NCBI GenBank assembly: GCA_965214705.1
Contig: OZ243972.1
Coordinates: 3,104,001-3,168,000, forward strand
Length of the DNA: 64,000 nucleotides
Source: Alphaproteobacteria bacterium
GTDB taxonomy: Bacteria; Pseudomonadota; Alphaproteobacteria; UBA828
Direction of reading: 5' to 3'
The notes below the pieces were generated by a model. It did no database searches. It was not told where the DNA came from and saw only the letters and a program-made list of their open reading frames with translations. Position numbers and translations under genes: made by a program. This document shows positions 51,300 through 61,288 of the stretch, in pieces (position 1 is the stretch's first letter; each line of letters starts with the position of its first letter).

Positions 51300-54200
51300 C
51301 GTTGTTCAGCATCTCGTGCAGAATTTGAAGTAGCCATGCGAGGTCTTTTGAAGGATCCCAAACCCGACGCGAATGCTGCGTCATCCAATTCGGGTGCCCA
51401 TTCAACGCCACACGGTCAAAAGGGGCGTAGAGCGCTCCCCCATCTTCCCAGTCAGTGCGAAATACGTGGCCCACTCGTTCCCCCTTGGGCCTCAATTCTG
51501 ACTCGAGCACACTCCCGGTTGTCGCGTTCCAGGGTGTTGCCGTTGGCGCCGACTCCGGATATCCGGATAAGTCGAACCGCAAAAAGGTTAAGGGTTGGGC
51601 AGGCTCTCTCTCGAGAGCCTGCCCAACCCTTTTGAACGAAGCCGCGGGCCACGAGAGGCGAAGTTGAGCTATGTGGAAAGTGCGCTGATGTCAGCGTCAG
51701 GCGGCATCCACCGGCAGCAGAGTTGCGCATAAAATCGACGCTCGCGCCGGTCTTTCGGCAGGCATGCGGGCGCACGCTGCGAGGACTGAGCGGGGTGTGA
51801 GCCGAGGGCTGTCAGCCCGGCTCAAGCGGAGACAGGTTCGGTCGTGCGTCGGCGCTTTGGCGCCGTTGCGCGGGGCCGAAGCGAGCGGGCGTCTCACGGT
51901 TTCCCCCTGTGGGTCGGCGGCAGCGCCGGCGGGCCGCGCGTCGAGCGGGGCTCATGGCGGCGGCGGATTTCGCGGACGAGGCGCATGACGCCGCCGCAGT
52001 GGGGGCAGGCCACGGGCGCGGTGCCGATCTCGGGCTCTTCGTCGGGCTCGGCCCGAGCGCCGTCCACGCTTCCCTCGGGGGCGGCGCAGCCGAGGGCGCC
52101 GAGAGCCTGGCGTGCTCTCTCCAGCGTGCTGGCGCGGCAGCCGTTGGCGAGGATGCCGAAGTAGCGAATGCGGTGCATGCCGTCCGGCAGGACGTGCCTC
52201 AGGAAGCGGCGGATGAACTCGTCGGCGCTCACGGTGGCGATGCCGTAGCGCGGCTTTCTCTGCCCCGGCGCCTTGGGCTTTCGGTGGCGGAAGGAGACCG
52301 TCTCGCCGTCGAAGGAGACGATGCGGCTGTCGGAGATGGCGATCCTGTGCGTGTAGTGCGAGAGGTACCGGAAGACCTGCTCAGGCCCGCGGAAGGGCCG
52401 CTTGGCGTAGACCACCCAGTCCCTGGCCCGGGCGGCGGCAAGCGTGGCGTGGAACTCGCCGGGATTGGCGAGGTGGGCGACGGTGCCGTGGAACTCCAGG
52501 TCCCCCCGGCCGTGGGCGCGGGCGAGCTCCTCGAGGAAGAGGCGGCGGAACAGGCTGCCGAGGACCTTGACGGGGGCGAGGAAGGTGGTGCTCCCCGTCT
52601 TCCACTCGCCACTGTCTACGTCGAAGCCCGCGTTGGGCACGACCACGTGCAGGTGCGGGTGGAAGCGGAGCTTCTGATCCCAGGTATGGAGGACCGCGGT
52701 GCCGCCGATGCGCATGCCGCCGTGGCGGGGATCGGCGGCGATGGTGCGCAGGGTCTCGGCGACGGCCCGGAAGAGGATGTCGAACACCACCCTGCGGTTG
52801 CAGAAGGCAATGGCGGCAACCTCCTTGGGCAGGGTGAAGACCACATGGAAGTAGGGCACCGGCAGGATGTCCCCGGCGCGCTCCTCGCTCCAGAGGTTGG
52901 CGGCGAGACCCTGGCAGGTGGGGCAGTGGCGGTTGCGGCAGGAGTTGAAGAGCGGATGCTCGCGCCCGCAGCCCTCGCAGGCGTACATGTGGCCGCCGAG
53001 CACGGCGGTGCGGCACGCCTCGATGGCGCCCATGACCTTGAGCCGGGCGGCGTCGATGCGCCCTTTGTGGCGCTCACGGAAAGCGGCGCCGGCGCGGCGG
53101 AAGATCTCCGCCACGCCCGCGCGTTCGGCCTCCACGCGCCGTCAGTTGCGCAACGCTGCGAAGCCTGAGATCGGGTGGTCGAGGCCCTCGAACATCTTGC
53201 CGGTGACGCGGGCGTAGTGACGGGTCGTGTTCGCGCTTCGATGGCCGAGCATGTCCCGGATCACCTCGATATCGCCGCCGCGCTCGAGGAGATGGGTCGC
53301 CGCCGAATGGCGCAGGCAATGGAAGGTGTAGCTGCGGTCGAGCTCGGCAATGTCGCGCGCCCTCCTGAAGGCGGCCTGCAAGGTCTCCGTTGCGATGGGC
53401 CTGTCGAGCGAGACGCCGTAGAAGAGCCAGCTCGTCGGACGCGGCCAGATGTTCCTGTAGTAGACGCGCAAGTAGTGGATGACGATGTCCGGCAACGGTG
53501 CCATTCTCTCGGTGCCGCCTTTGCCGGAGGGGATGTGCAGCAGCTTCTTCTCCGACAGGATGTCGCCGACCTTGATGGCCAAGGTCTCGGAGATGCGGAG
53601 CCCGCCGCCATAGCCGGTGACAATGGCAGCACGGTGGCGGAGGTCGGGTGTCGCAAGGATGAGGTGCTCGACCTCCTGCTCCGACATGTAGCGCGGCAGC
53701 TTGCCGGGCTTCTTGCGGGAGCGCAGGCCGGCGACATGGTCAGGCCAGCCGAGTGTGTCGATGTAGAGGAAGTTCAGCGCGGCGAAGGAGACGTTGGTCG
53801 TGCCCGGACTGAGCCCCTTGTCGATCCGCCCCAGGTACCACTGGCGCACCTGCTCGGCGTCGAGCTCGTCCGGCGAGGCGTCGTAGTACCTGGCCAGGTT
53901 CTTGATCTCGCAGATGTAGGCCTTGGACGTGCTCGCGGCCAGATTGGCGATGCGGAGCTGCTCCTCCATGCGCTGGCGAAGAGGGGTGACGGTGTTCGTG
54001 TCGCACGCGGTCCCGGTCATTATCGATCTCCCTGGATCGCGACGGCGCGCCGCCGGACCGATCCGGCGACGGTCCGTCGCAGGGGTCGATACTAACCACT
54101 GGTGATCGGGAGGCTGCTGGGGATCCGCCACCCGACGGGCGGAGCGCCACTGACGCAACCGGGAAGCGAACGCACAGAACAAACGGCACCCGCGACGCCT

Positions 54201-54426
54201 CGGAAATGAATGAACTCTACGCCGCTAACTCCGCGTAGCGGCTTCGTTCAAGGTACTCAGAAGGCGCGCCGTCTCTTCGGGCAGCCGTTACGGTAATCAT
54301 GACGATAGGCCAAGCGGTCTCGTCCACGATCTGCCATCTGCCTCGGTAGACACCCTCTTGGAACCGAGCGCTCGCCACATGTTGGCGAAGGGCGCGTTCA
54401 TCTGGGGGTATAGAAACTATATCCAC
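51280..54426 (-). pseudogene. bilB: E2-like conjugating enzyme (BilB-like), interrupted by IS91 copy 2 (coding parts 54252-54426 and 51280-51585)
   Basis: PDERALRQH...F..G...GRW....WP joined to LRFDLSGYP..APTA.PW...LYAPFDR...GHPNW. Lies between the Ubl and JAB genes. Confidence 0.75.
51586..54251 (-). mobile_element. IS91 + tyrosine recombinase element, copy 2 (transposase 51894..53135, recombinase 53142..54020)
   Basis: Same 2666-bp length and ends as copy 1, with a few SNPs. Confidence 0.92.
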
Positions 54427-54429
54427 ACC

Positions 54430-57400
54430 CTAGCCCTCGAAGCGTTCCCTCGGAACAAGATCCAAGCATACGGAGCAATCGTCATCCGCGTAAAAGCCGA
54501 TGTGATCTGCTTGGTCGAGTTCGGTCTCCGTTCCGCAGATCGCGAACAAGTGCTTGGCAGCTTCACTGTCAGTCAGCTTGAAGCCTTCAGGGCTTGCAGC
54601 CCACTTGAGGATGAAGTCAACACTAGTCGGCGGGGAGAATGATCCCTCTATCGAATCGCCGCCAAAGCGAACTTTGACAAGAACTGCCTTGCGACCACAC
54701 CTGCTTCTGTCAACGTTTTCTCAGGATCAAGCGGTTCCTTACCATCCTCTAGCCAGACCAGAGCTTCCTCGTCCAGGCACTCTTTCGCGAAGTCACCGAC
54801 TTTCATGTCGGGATCGACCTTTACGAAGCCTGTCTCAGTGGCTCGCTGGTGAAGGTTAAGGGTTGGGCAGGCTCTCTCTCGAGAGCCTGCCCAACCCTTT
54901 TGAACGAAGCCGCGGGCCACGAGAGGCGAAGTTGAGCTATGTGGAAAGTGCGCTGATGTCAGCGTCAGGCGGCATCCACCGGCAGCAGAGTTGCGCATAA
55001 AATCGACGCTCGCGCCGGTCTTTCGGCAGGCATGCGGGCGCACGCTGCGAGGACTGAGCGGGGTGTGAGCCGAGGGCTGTCAGCCCGGCTCAAGCGGAGA
55101 CAGGTTCGGTCGTGCGTCGGCGCTTTGGCGCCGTTGCGCGGGGCCGAAGCGAGCGGGCGTCTCACGGTTTCCCCCTGTGGGTCGGCGGCAGCGCCGGCGG
55201 GCCGCGCGTCGAGCGGGGCTCATGGCGGCGGCGGATTTCGCGGACGAGGCGCATGACGCCGCCGCAGTGGGGGCAGGCCACGGGCGCGGTGCCGATCTCG
55301 GGCTCTTCGTCGGGCTCGGCCCGAGCGCCGTCCACGCTTCCCTCGGGGGCGGCGCAGCCGAGGGCGCCGAGAGCCTGGCGTGCTCTCTCCAGCGTGCTGG
55401 CGCGGCAGCCGTTGGCGAGGATGCCGAAGTAGCGAATGCGGTGCATGCCGTCCGGCAGGACGTGCCTCAGGAAGCGGCGGATGAACTCGTCGGCGCTCAC
55501 GGTGGCGATGCCGTAGCGCGGCTTTCTCTGCCCCGGCGCCTTGGGCTTTCGGTGGCGGAAGGAGACCGTCTCGCCGTCGAAGGAGACGATGCGGCTGTCG
55601 GAGATGGCGATCCTGTGCGTGTAGTGCGAGAGGTACCGGAAGACCTGCTCAGGCCCGCGGAAGGGCCGCTTGGCGTAGACCACCCAGTCCCTGGCCCGGG
55701 CGGCGGCAAGCGTGGCGTGGAACTCGCCGGGATTGGCGAGGTGGGCGACGGTGCCGTGGAACTCCAGGTCCCCCCGGCCGTGGGCGCGGGCGAGCTCCTC
55801 GAGGAAGAGGCGGCGGAACAGGCTGCCGAGGACCTTGACGGGGGCGAGGAAGGTGGTGCTCCCCGTCTTCCACTCGCCACTGTCTACGTCGAAGCCCGCG
55901 TTGGGCACGACCACGTGCAGGTGCGGGTGGAAGCGGAGCTTCTGATCCCAGGTATGGAGGACCGCGGTGCCGCCGATGCGCATGCCGCCGTGGCGGGGAT
56001 CGGCGGCGATGGTGCGCAGGGTCTCGGCGACGGCCCGGAAGAGGATGTCGAACACCACCCTGCGGTTGCAGAAGGCAATGGCGGCAACCTCCTTGGGCAG
56101 GGTGAAGACCACATGGAAGTAGGGCACCGGCAGGATGTCCCCGGCGCGCTCCTCGCTCCAGAGGTTGGCGGCGAGACCCTGGCAGGTGGGGCAGTGGCGG
56201 TTGCGGCAGGAGTTGAAGAGCGGATGCTCGCGCCCGCAGCCCTCGCAGGCGTACATGTGGCCGCCGAGCACGGCGGTGCGGCACGCCTCGATGGCGCCCA
56301 TGACCTTGAGCCGGGCGGCGTCGATGCGCCCTTTGTGGCGCTCACGGAAAGCGGCGCCGGCGCGGCGGAAGATCTCCGCCACGCCCGCGCGTTCGGCCTC
56401 CACGCGCCGTCAGTTGCGCAACGCTGCGAAGCCTGAGATCGGGTGGTCGAGGCCCTCGAACATCTTGCCGGTGACGCGGGCGTAGTGACGGGTCGTGTTC
56501 GCGCTTCGATGGCCGAGCATGTCCCGGATCACCTCGATATCGCCGCCGCGCTCGAGGAGATGGGTCGCCGCCGAATGGCGCAGGCAATGGAAGGTGTAGC
56601 TGCGGTCGAGCTCGGCAATGTCGCGCGCCCTCCTGAAGGCGGCCTGCAAGGTCTCCGTTGCGATGGGCCTGTCGAGCGAGACGCCGTAGAAGAGCCAGTT
56701 CGTCGGACGCGGCCAGATGTTCCTGTAGTAGACGCGCAAGTAGTGGATGACGATGTCCGGCAACGGTGCCATTCTCTCGGTGCCGCCTTTGCCGGAGGGG
56801 ATGTGCAGCAGCTTCTTCTCCGACAGGATGTCGCCGACCTTGATGGCCAAGGTCTCGGAGATGCGGAGCCCGCCGCCATAGCCGGTGACAATGGCAGCAC
56901 GGTGGCGGAGGTCGGGTGTCGCAAGGATGAGGTGCTCGACCTCCTGCTCCGACATGTAGCGCGGCAGCTTGCCGGGCTTCTTGCGGGAGCGCAGGCCGGC
57001 GACATGGTCAGGCCAGCCGAGTGTGTCGATGTAGAGGAAGTTCAGCGCGGCGAAGGAGACGTTGGTCGTGCCCGGACTGAGCCCCTTGTCGATCCGCCCC
57101 AGGTACCACTGGCGCACCTGCTCGGCGTCGAGCTCGTCCGGCGAGGCGTCGTAGTACCTGGCCAGGTTCTTGATCTCGCAGATGTAGGCCTTGGACGTGC
57201 TCGCGGCCAGATTGGCGATGCGGAGCTGCTCCTCCATGCGCTGGCGAAGAGGGGTGACGGTGTTCGTGTCGCACGCGGTCCCGGTCATTATCGATCTCCC
57301 TGGATCGCGACGGCGCGCCGCCGGACCGATCCGGCGACGGTCCGTCGCAGGGGTCGATACTAACCACTGGTGATCGGGAGGCTGCTGGGGATCCGCCACC

Positions 57401-57535
57401 CGACGGGCGGAGCGCCACTGACGCAACCGGGAAGCGAACGCACAGAACAAACGGCACCCGCGACGCCTCGGAAATGAATGAACTCTACGCCGCTAACTCC
57501 GCGTAGCGGCTTCGTTCAAGAAAGATCTCCATCAT
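54430..57535 (-). pseudogene. bilA: Two-domain ubiquitin-like protein (BilA-like), interrupted by IS91 copy 3 and frameshifted near 54695 (coding parts 57520-57535 and 54430-54853)
   Basis: AAGGAG RBS, then MMEIF|LHQRATETG...VWLEDGKEPLDPEKTLTEAGV. A second frame gives KAVLVKVRFGG...SVCLDLVPRERFEG*, ending in Gly. First gene of the Ubl-E2-JAB-E1 operon. Confidence 0.75.
54854..57519 (-). mobile_element. IS91 + tyrosine recombinase element, copy 3 (transposase 55162..56403, recombinase 56410..57288)
   Basis: Same ends and length as copies 1 and 2. Excision restores MEIFLHQR in frame. Confidence 0.92.
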
Positions 57536-57597
57536 ACGTTCTCCTTGCACTCACGCCGCGGTGGACGAGCTTGCGCTGCAGCCCACCATGATGTAGC

Positions 57598-57660
57598 ATT
57601 TGCAAATCCGACGTTTGATTCGACAAGGGCAATATTGCACATGCGAGGGACAATTGCAAG
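57598..57660. promoter_or_regulatory. Palindromic candidate operators between the Ubl operon and the XRE gene
   Basis: ATTTGCAAAT at 57598-57607, GCAATATTGC at 57629-57638 and CAATTG at 57651-56, with recurring TTGCA half-sites. Confidence 0.5.
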
Positions 57661-58057
57661 AGGGCAATTCTCAAAGGCCGATCAAGTTGGGCAAAGCAGA
57701 GCGTCGCGCACGCAACGCTTTGATGCAGAGGCTTTTTTCTCGGCCCTTGATGCGGAGCGCAGGAGTCGACGGCAGACTTGGAAGGGGGTTGCAGAAGAGG
57801 CCCGGGTCAGCGCCTCCACCCTCACGCGCATGGCGCAAGGCAGGCGGCCGGACGTAGACAGTATGGCGGCCCTGATAGCATGGTCCGGTTTGAGCGCAGA
57901 CGCGTTCGTGAGGGACATCCGAGCAACGCCCGGACCCAGTTCCTTATCAGTGATCTCAACGTCCTTGAAGAGAGACCCTCACCTAACTCCGGAAGCCGCT
58001 GAAGCCCTCGACGAGTTGATGAAGGCAACTTACGAGCGGATGCGGAGCAAGAACTAA
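57641..58057 (+). CDS. XRE-family HTH regulator, divergent from the Ubl operon (start uncertain)
   Basis: FDAEAFFSALDAERRSR..TWKGVAEEARVSASTLTRMAQGRRPDVDS..AL..W. Confidence 0.85.
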   Translation: MRGTIARGQFSKADQVGQSRASRTQRFDAEAFFSALDAERRSRRQTWKGVAEEARVSASTLTRMAQGRRPDVDSMAALIAWSGLSADAFVRDIRATPGPSSLSVISTSLKRDPHLTPEAAEALDELMKATYERMRSKN

Positions 58058-58631
58058 CTTCTCGAGTCAAGGGGTCTCAAGCACGAAATTCGGTGACGAG
58101 GACATGGAAGGCCTGTCGTCGTCTGGGGATTGAATCGATCCGATTACGGCACGATGACAGGCGTCCCGCGTATTTCGCCGGGCCAATCGAAGAATCAAGG
58201 AATTCCGCCGGGTTGCGCGCCCCCTCGCCGCGTCGGGCCGCGATTCTGACGAAATGAGGGCAAGTGGTGACTTTCCTAGATCGCGACCTGCGATCGGAGA
58301 GCGGGAGCGGCGTGTAATGTTGGTTTCTCCCGGGGTCGGGTTCGGGATCAAGGTGTCGACCAAGCAGCGGCCGATGCGCGAAGCCTAAGGTGAGCGATCT
58401 CGAGGCGTGTCGCGGTATCTCCGGGCGTCGTGGCCTGGTTCCTGCCCAGGAGCGGTGACATCCGCCTGAAGAACCGCCCCGAGGACGGCCTGCGCGCGAC
58501 GGTCGCGCTTCCGGGAACGGACCGGCCGTGAGTGGGCGCCGGCGATCGGCGGCACCAGACATACTCTGAATAGCTCCCGGTGCGGACTCGGCTTCGCGGG
58601 CCCCGCGCTACCCTTCCGTCCACGGCACGAG

Positions 58632-59050
58632 TTAGCCGACGCCGCGCTTGTTGAGGATCCAGGCCGGCCGGGCCGGGTCGTCGCCGAGCTTGCGCTGCAG
58701 CTGCTTGACGAAGGTGCGGACCCGGTCCGCGTCGCGCCCGTCCGGCTCGCTCCACAGCCGGCGGATCAGCGACTCGTAGGTCGAGACCCGCACAGCGTTC
58801 TGCGTGAACAAGCGCAGGAACTCGTATCCGGTGGCGGTCAGCCGCACCGGAAGCCCGCCCGTGGCGACCCGCCGCGCCTCGTAGTCGACGGCGAGGTCGC
58901 CGAGCGCGAAGGCCTCCGGTCCGGCCCGTTTGCGAAGCGCCGCCTGGATTCGCGCCGTGAGCTCGGTCGCAGAGAGGGGCTTGACCTGGTAGTCGACGGC
59001 ACCTCGCTCCAGTGCCCTGGCAATGGTCTCGTCGCGTCCGTAGGCGGAGT
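58632..59050 (-). pseudogene. Truncated OmpR/KdpE-family response regulator
   Basis: SAYG..ETIARALERGAVDY.VKP...EL.ARI and LRKLGDDP-like ...P.WILN.RGVG*. N-terminus missing and the end is premature. Confidence 0.8.
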
Positions 59051-59139
59051 TAGCAATCTGTTGCTCAAAGTCGAATGTGGCGGCGCGGCGGTCCAAATTC
59101 GTCTCGGGAACGTGGCGCGGTTCCCCGACGATAGCACGC

Positions 59140-59843
59140 GCGTCGCCACGCTCGCGATGCACAATGGCGGCGTCATCGCCCTGCCGCCGCCGAGGGGGCG
59201 CAAGTACCGGCCCAGACCGATTGTCTTCGGTCTTGAGACCGAGCCGCCGCTGTTCCCCGCACCGACGAGCCTCGACGAGGCGCGCCCGCTGGACATGCGC
59301 ATCGTCGCGAGAGGCACCCGCGAGGGCAGGCTGTGGAACGAGTTCGTCGCCCGTTACCACTACCTCGGATACAGGACCCTCGTCGGCGCCCAGATGCGCT
59401 GCGCCGTCCACGACCGCAACGGCTAGCCGCTCGCCATGCTCGGCTTCTCCACCGCCGCCTGGAAGCTCGCCCCGCGCGACAGCTTCATCGGATGGACGCC
59501 CAAGATGCGCGAGAAGAACCTCCCGCTGGTGGTCGACAACCCGCGCTTCCTGATCCCGCCCTGGATCCAGATCCCCAACCTTGGATCGCACATCCTTGCC
59601 ATCGTGCGCCGTCGCCTGCTCGGGGACTGGACCGAGCGCTACAACACCACGCCCGTGCTCATCAAGACCTTCGTCGAGACCCCGCGCTTCACCGGCGCGC
59701 TCTACAAGGCGTCAGGCTGGAACTACGTCGGAACCACCCAGGGCCGCGGGCGCTACGGCAGGCACACCAAGCGGGACCAGCCGAAGAAAGACATCTGGCT
59801 CCGGCCGCTCCGAAAAGACTGGAAGCGAACTCTCAACCGATGA
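59140..59843 (+). pseudogene. DUF4338 (DruA-like) protein remnant with an in-frame TAG at 59424-26
   Basis: YHYLGY..LVGAQ, AAWKLAPRD.FIGW, NPRFLIPPW, TFVE..RFTG..YKASGW...G.TQGRG. Both ORFs are in the same frame. Confidence 0.8.
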
Positions 59844-60146
59844 CATCATGCCCGCCCATCACGGCTTGACCGAACGCATTCCCCCGGCGACGGAACGCTC
59901 ACCCGCACAGAGTTCGACCTGTGTGTTGACTCGGTGTTTGCAGTGTAGTGTATGATGCTACATGCGGAAGGAGTGTGATTGGTAACTGAATGATCTTACT
60001 TATTAAATGCACGTCATCAACCAAGCCAAGAAGTAGCACCGATAGGCGCGTAGGCAAGCGAGTGGAACGAGCGCCCGCCGTCGAGGGAAATGAAAAAGCT
60101 CGCGCCCGGCGCCTGAGGGAAATGAAAAAAGGGACGAGCGTCTGGC

Positions 60147-61190
60147 CTAACCGTAGATCGGGCGCAGCTGCTCGGCCATCGTCGCGAGCGGCTCGGGCGC
60201 GACGATGACGCCGTCTTCGAGGATCTGCTGCCCTTCGATCCACATCGACTGCATCGAGATCACGCAGTCGGGATGGTTCTCGCCACCGCCAGGCACCCAG
60301 AACGGCAGCCCGAGCCCGATGGCGTTGTAGCCTGCCACGCGCTGGTCCTCGATGAAGCACTTGCCGGTGTAGCGCGCCGCCGGATGAAAGCCGCAGGTGA
60401 AATGGACGACGTAGCCGAACTCGCCGTTTCCGGCCCGCGTCAGGGCGCGGCGCATGACCTTGTTCTCCGGCCCGCCGCCGATGACCTCCCTGACCTTGCC
60501 GTCGATCTTCAGCGTCATCGGCTCGGCAAGCTCGGTGTAGTACTCGTGGAACATGTTGCTGGTGACGACCGAGCCCACGACCGACTCCAGCTCCGGCAGG
60601 ATCATCACGGTGCCGGGCACGAAATAGCCGCCTGGCTCGGTCGCGCGGGCGAAGGCGAACCCTTCCGGCTTGCCCAGCGTGAAGCCGACATCGGTGCCGT
60701 GCGCATTGGTGATGCGGCACTCCTTGCCGGCGGATTGGGCGATCAACTCTCCGAATGCGTCGCCGAGCGCGAACATGCCGTCGAGATCGGCGCCACCCAT
60801 GAGGCGCACCATCTCGTCGGCGCCGACGTCGGCACCGAGGAAGTAGCGAACGCGGTTCTTCTCCATCGCGTCATCGAAGGCCTTGGAGCCGGCCAGGTAG
60901 GGCATGCAGAGATCGATCCAGACGTCGCACGCGCCCGCGGCCGCCTTGACGTGATCCGGCAGATACTCGTCCGCCAGCCCGCCCTGGAAGGGCACCGGCG
61001 GCGCCAGCGTGATCGAGGCGACCTTCGCGCCGAGCCGGTAGGCGGCATCCTGGATCGCCTGGACGCCGACGACATCGGTCCCCGTGTCGGTCGTGATGAG
61101 GACGCTCTCGCCTGCCTCGATGCACATCATGTCCCGCGTGAGGACATCGGCGGCGCGCGCCAGCTTCGGTCCGATCCCTGCATCGGGCAT
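60147..61190 (-). CDS. M29/AmpS-fold metalloprotein (leucyl aminopeptidase or NicX 2,5-dihydroxypyridine dioxygenase-like)
   Basis: GESVLITTDT N-domain, VHFTCGFHP.A, EDQR, ENHPD, GQQILEDG. Confidence 0.65.
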   Translation of the reverse strand: MPDAGIGPKLARAADVLTRDMMCIEAGESVLITTDTGTDVVGVQAIQDAAYRLGAKVASITLAPPVPFQGGLADEYLPDHVKAAAGACDVWIDLCMPYLAGSKAFDDAMEKNRVRYFLGADVGADEMVRLMGGADLDGMFALGDAFGELIAQSAGKECRITNAHGTDVGFTLGKPEGFAFARATEPGGYFVPGTVMILPELESVVGSVVTSNMFHEYYTELAEPMTLKIDGKVREVIGGGPENKVMRRALTRAGNGEFGYVVHFTCGFHPAARYTGKCFIEDQRVAGYNAIGLGLPFWVPGGGENHPDCVISMQSMWIEGQQILEDGVIVAPEPLATMAEQLRPIYG

Positions 61191-61288
61191 GGCTCTTACC
61201 CTCGATCTGGAGGTTGAGGCTCCGCAGGCCCCAACGAGTGTCTGCTGGCCGGCAGTATACCGTAGTGGGAATTCCTGGCTCACCTTAA

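Noticed and set aside
43908-57519. Integron cassette array or CRISPR-like array suggested by repeated hairpins
   Set aside because: The hairpins are ends of whole 2.7-kb elements, and the DNA between them consists of pieces of interrupted genes, not cassettes or spacers.
49362-57535. CBASS (Cap2/Cap3) or ThiS/MoaD cofactor-synthesis operon
   Set aside because: No CD-NTase, effector, or thiamine/molybdopterin genes are present. Separate Ubl-E2-JAB-E1 genes fit a Bil-type system.
58066-58630. Possible IS end or small gene after the XRE regulator
   Set aside because: No matching inverted repeat and no credible protein could be identified.
58632-59591. 319-aa ORF as an intact response regulator
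   Set aside because: The N-terminal half is the antisense of the DUF4338 remnant, and the receiver N-terminus is missing.
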